Source of the DNA: Verrucomicrobiia bacterium Tous-C4TDCM
Lineage (GTDB): Bacteria > Verrucomicrobiota > Verrucomicrobiia > Verrucomicrobiales > Akkermansiaceae
NCBI GenBank assembly: GCA_002304315.1
Contig: NEUO01000001.1
Location: 1 to 61,308 of the forward strand
DNA length: 61,308 bases
Direction: 5' to 3'
Part shown: positions 58,288 to 61,308 of the stretch, piece after piece
How the letters are laid out: each line of letters opens with the position of its first letter
Position numbering within the stretch: the first letter of the stretch is position 1
Notes under the pieces: generated by a model
What the model saw: only the letters and a program-made list of their open reading frames with translations
What the model was told of the DNA's origin: nothing
The model's database searches: none
Made by a program: the position numbers and the translations under genes

Positions 58288-59391
58288 ATGGCTTCACGAA
58301 GAAGAAAGAGGGACGAGGAAGGCGGCAGCCTCGATTCGCTGATGGACGCGCTGACCAACGTGGTCGCCGTGCTGATTCTCATCCTGATCCTCTTGCAAGC
58401 CGACGTCCGCCAAGCGGTGGAGAAGATCGTCGAAAGCCTCAAGCCGGTCAGCGTGGAGCAACTCCAGCAGGCCCGTGAGAAGCAGCAGGAAATGGAAAAG
58501 ACCATCGCCGCCCGCGAGAAGCAGCGTCAGGCCCCCGCCCCTGCCCCGGCGGAGCTTGCGAAGATGAAGGCCGACCTCGCGCTGCTGGAGAAGGCCGCCG
58601 TGCGGGATGAAAAGCTGCTGATCGAACTCAAGAAGCTTCAGCAAACGGCGGAGCAGACCTCGCTGAAGGCGAAAGTGGAGAAGGAGAAGACCGATGCCCT
58701 CTTGACGGAAATCGCCCGGCTCGAAGCGCTGCTCGATCAGACCCCCCGGCCGGTGGTCAAGCGCCCGACCGTGGTGCGCCTGCCGAACAGCCGCGAGATC
58801 CCGAACGACGCGACCATTTACTACTGCTACATCACCGGCAACCAGGCGCACCTGGTCGATCCCACCGCGGTGAAGGAGACCCTGATGGAAGCCTTCGAGC
58901 GCGAAGCACGGAACCTGATCCGCGAGCGGGTCAAGGTGAAGGGTGGCCTGGACCGGGTGATCTACGACCAGGAAAAGACCGTCGCCTTCTTCGCCTCGAA
59001 GCCTTGGAACGTGCGGAACCAGAAGGTCACCGTCCCCTTCAACCGGCCGTGGACGCGGCTGAACTTCCGGATCGAGTTTGACCCCGCCAAGGGCGACGCC
59101 TCGCTCGACGACATGAACCAGCCCGACGGCCGCTTCCACCGGATGATGAAGCTGGTGCGGTCCTATCGGAACGGCGTGTTGATGTTCCGGGTGCGACCGG
59201 ACGGTTTCGAGACCTACCTCAAAGCCCGCGAGATTGCGGATGAAATGCGGATGCCTTGCGGCTGGGAGATCGATGGTAATAGTGCTTATGCCGAACCGTT
59301 GGAGTTTGAAGTAAACCGATTGCAAGAGCCGCCCCCTGCGGTGCCCCAAAAAGACAAGCCGGTTCCCAAGCCGAAGCGGGTCTTGGACTGA
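58288..59391 (+). CDS. ExbD/TolR-like single-TM coiled-coil protein (Asp-containing)
   Basis: SLDSLMDALTNVVAVLIL TM, coiled coil, C-terminal FRVRPDG domain; 1 bp after previous gene. Confidence 0.65.
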   Translation: MASRRRKRDEEGGSLDSLMDALTNVVAVLILILILLQADVRQAVEKIVESLKPVSVEQLQQAREKQQEMEKTIAAREKQRQAPAPAPAELAKMKADLALLEKAAVRDEKLLIELKKLQQTAEQTSLKAKVEKEKTDALLTEIARLEALLDQTPRPVVKRPTVVRLPNSREIPNDATIYYCYITGNQAHLVDPTAVKETLMEAFEREARNLIRERVKVKGGLDRVIYDQEKTVAFFASKPWNVRNQKVTVPFNRPWTRLNFRIEFDPAKGDASLDDMNQPDGRFHRMMKLVRSYRNGVLMFRVRPDGFETYLKAREIADEMRMPCGWEIDGNSAYAEPLEFEVNRLQEPPPAVPQKDKPVPKPKRVLD

Positions 59392-59554
59392 GTGACGCAG
59401 CACCATCGGAGCTGCCACCCGTGAAGGCTGTTCCGGGCGGACTCACCGCGAATAGCAGTTGAAGAACAACCGGTGACCCAAGCACGAGCGGAGCGACCTA
59501 GGTCCGGCAGCGCTTTCACCGGACTCCGCTCCCTGCGGGTCCGGTGGTCGGGGC

Positions 59555-61174
59555 TTACGGCGTGTTAAGGCGGTAGAATCCGCGGCTTGCACCCGCAGGG
59601 GCAGCCACTTCGAGATCCAAGCCACCGCCGTCTCCAATCACGATTTCCCGATCAGGAGCCCACGCGGTGAGGTCTGGCGAATGCTCCAGCAAATACGATT
59701 CGCCGGGCGTACCAGTGATCTGCAAGCGGATGACACCCGGACGAGCAGGATCCGTGGACAGCGACATTTCAGGCAGCGCCAAAGCACCCTCCTCAGCCTT
59801 GGCTTTTTCGAGACCGCGCGCCGCGACTTCCACTGGCTGGGTCACATTGATGGTGACGGTGATCGGCACGGAAGTGAGGGCACCATCGCTGGCAGTGTAG
59901 GTGAAGCTCACCGATCCAAAGAACCTCGCCGTCGGCTTGAAAACAAGGTTGGGCAACTTGCCGGTGAGCTTCCCTGTGCCGGGTTTGGTGACGATTCGGT
60001 AGACCAAGGAGTCGCCATCTGCATCGGTGGCCCGCAATGCCACCGGCACCGCGGTCTTCATCGGGGTGCTAACCGACCAAGCGGCGGACGACGGCGCGCG
60101 GTTGTTCGGATTGACCACTGTGATCGAAACGCTGGCAGCGGCCGAGTTCACGGCTCCGTCGTTGGCGAGGAAGGTGAAGCTATCCGCACCTTTGAAGCCG
60201 GTATTCGGCACATAGACCAGGTTCGGCGGAGTGCCGCTGAGCACCCCGTTGAGTGGCTGCTTCACGACCGAGAATGTCAACGCATCGGAATCCACATCGG
60301 TCCCGGAAAGTGCCACCGCCGTGCCGGTGTTCCAGTTGGCCGTCAGGTTACTGGCAGTGGCTACCGGCTTGCTGTTCGACGCCTTCACCTTGATCGATAT
60401 CCAGGCGGTCGCGGAGTCCACGACGCCATCGTTGGCCACATAGGCAAAGCTTGTATCACCCACAAAGCCGGTTTCGGGCTTGAATGCGAGATTCGGAGGC
60501 GAGCCCGTGAGCACTCCCGAGGTCGGCTGGTTGACGAGGCGGAAAGTAAGCGGGTTTGCGTCGGCATCGGTGCCACTAAGCTGGATCGCAACCTCTTTGT
60601 TCTTAAGGGTCGCCAAGGACTTCGATGCCGCTTGAGGGGCCGAATTGTTGTTGGTGATGTTGATGCTGACCGTGGCTGCGGTGGAATTGGCAGTCCCATC
60701 GTTGACCCGGTAGGTGAAGCTGTCCGATCCCGTGGTGTTCGAATTCGGGGTGTAGGTGAGATTCGGAGCGGAACCGCTGAGTGAACCCTTTGTCGGCGAG
60801 GTTAGAACAGCGAAGGTCAGCGCGCTTCCCTCGACATCGGTACCGGTGAGGAGGATTCCGACCGCCGTGTTCTTTCCCGTGGTCACACTCTTGGCTGCCG
60901 CGACCGGAAGGTCGTTCACGGCGCTGATGCTGATGCTGACAGTCGCTGCCGATGAATTCGCAGTGCCGTCATTGACCCTGAACGTGAAGCTATCACTGCC
61001 GTTGGCGTTGGCATTGGGGAGGTAGCTCAAATTGGGCGCGCTGCCCGAAAGAGTTCCCTTGGACGGATTGGTCAAAACCGAGTAGGTCAGCGGGTTCACA
61101 TCGGCATCGGTGCCAGCAAGAACGAACGCGACCGACGTATCCTCCGCGGTAGTCACGGATCGAGAAGTCGCCAC
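59555..61174 (-). CDS. Tandem Ig/cadherin-like (tandem-95/Big_9-type) repeat surface protein
   Basis: Five ~90-aa repeats GTD.D..LTF..P..G.L.G..PNL.Y.P..DSFT..NDG; C-terminal YLLEHSPDLTAW..FYRL; 5' end uncertain. Confidence 0.82.
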   Translation of the reverse strand: MATSRSVTTAEDTSVAFVLAGTDADVNPLTYSVLTNPSKGTLSGSAPNLSYLPNANANGSDSFTFRVNDGTANSSAATVSISISAVNDLPVAAAKSVTTGKNTAVGILLTGTDVEGSALTFAVLTSPTKGSLSGSAPNLTYTPNSNTTGSDSFTYRVNDGTANSTAATVSINITNNNSAPQAASKSLATLKNKEVAIQLSGTDADANPLTFRLVNQPTSGVLTGSPPNLAFKPETGFVGDTSFAYVANDGVVDSATAWISIKVKASNSKPVATASNLTANWNTGTAVALSGTDVDSDALTFSVVKQPLNGVLSGTPPNLVYVPNTGFKGADSFTFLANDGAVNSAAASVSITVVNPNNRAPSSAAWSVSTPMKTAVPVALRATDADGDSLVYRIVTKPGTGKLTGKLPNLVFKPTARFFGSVSFTYTASDGALTSVPITVTINVTQPVEVAARGLEKAKAEEGALALPEMSLSTDPARPGVIRLQITGTPGESYLLEHSPDLTAWAPDREIVIGDGGGLDLEVAAPAGASRGFYRLNTP

Positions 61175-61308
61175 TGGAACGGTATTAGGCCACTCCGAAA
61201 AATAATACTTTATTGACCATCAATGGCTTGCGTCCTGCTTTGGCATGTCTCGACCTATGATCCAGACCGGCTTTTTCACCCACGAGATTCAACTCCGCAG
61301 GCTCGACC

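Noticed and set aside
56153-59391. Zorya ZorAB or flagellar MotAB
   Set aside because: No OmpA-like peptidoglycan-binding domain in either partner, and no zorC/D/E or flagellar genes

Overview
GC-rich bacterial chromosome segment, most likely Verrucomicrobiota (Luteolibacter/Haloferula-like). This is inferred from a PVC-type heme CxxCH protein, giant GFALVITL prepilin-like proteins and the repeat families. Roughly 1-30 kb is mostly housekeeping (rplI, dnaB, rlmI-like, moeB, rodA, rpsP, prfA, lpxA, pssA, sixA, fabG, holB, a two-component pair, queE), interrupted by a secreted zincin-like protein plus partner that sit between two gene remnants. Roughly 30-61 kb is accessory. It holds (i) an AT-richer DUF262 + HEPN candidate defence pair and an intact IS3-family element with a 4-bp target duplication, (ii) a compact, translationally coupled WXG100/FtsK (type VII/ESX-like) operon in a diderm host, (iii) a fused hydantoinase/oxoprolinase gene carrying several in-frame repeat insertions, (iv) scars of a HEPN gene and an MmeI-like restriction-modification gene, and (v) two tandem 'giant prepilin + secreted partner' cassettes running into an ExbB/TolQ-like channel with two different coiled-coil ExbD-like subunits. 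The window is rich in REP-like palindromes and in 7/8-mer tandem arrays with inverted degenerate arms. No rRNA, tRNA or CRISPR array was seen. All family calls come from motif recognition by eye, not from database searches.
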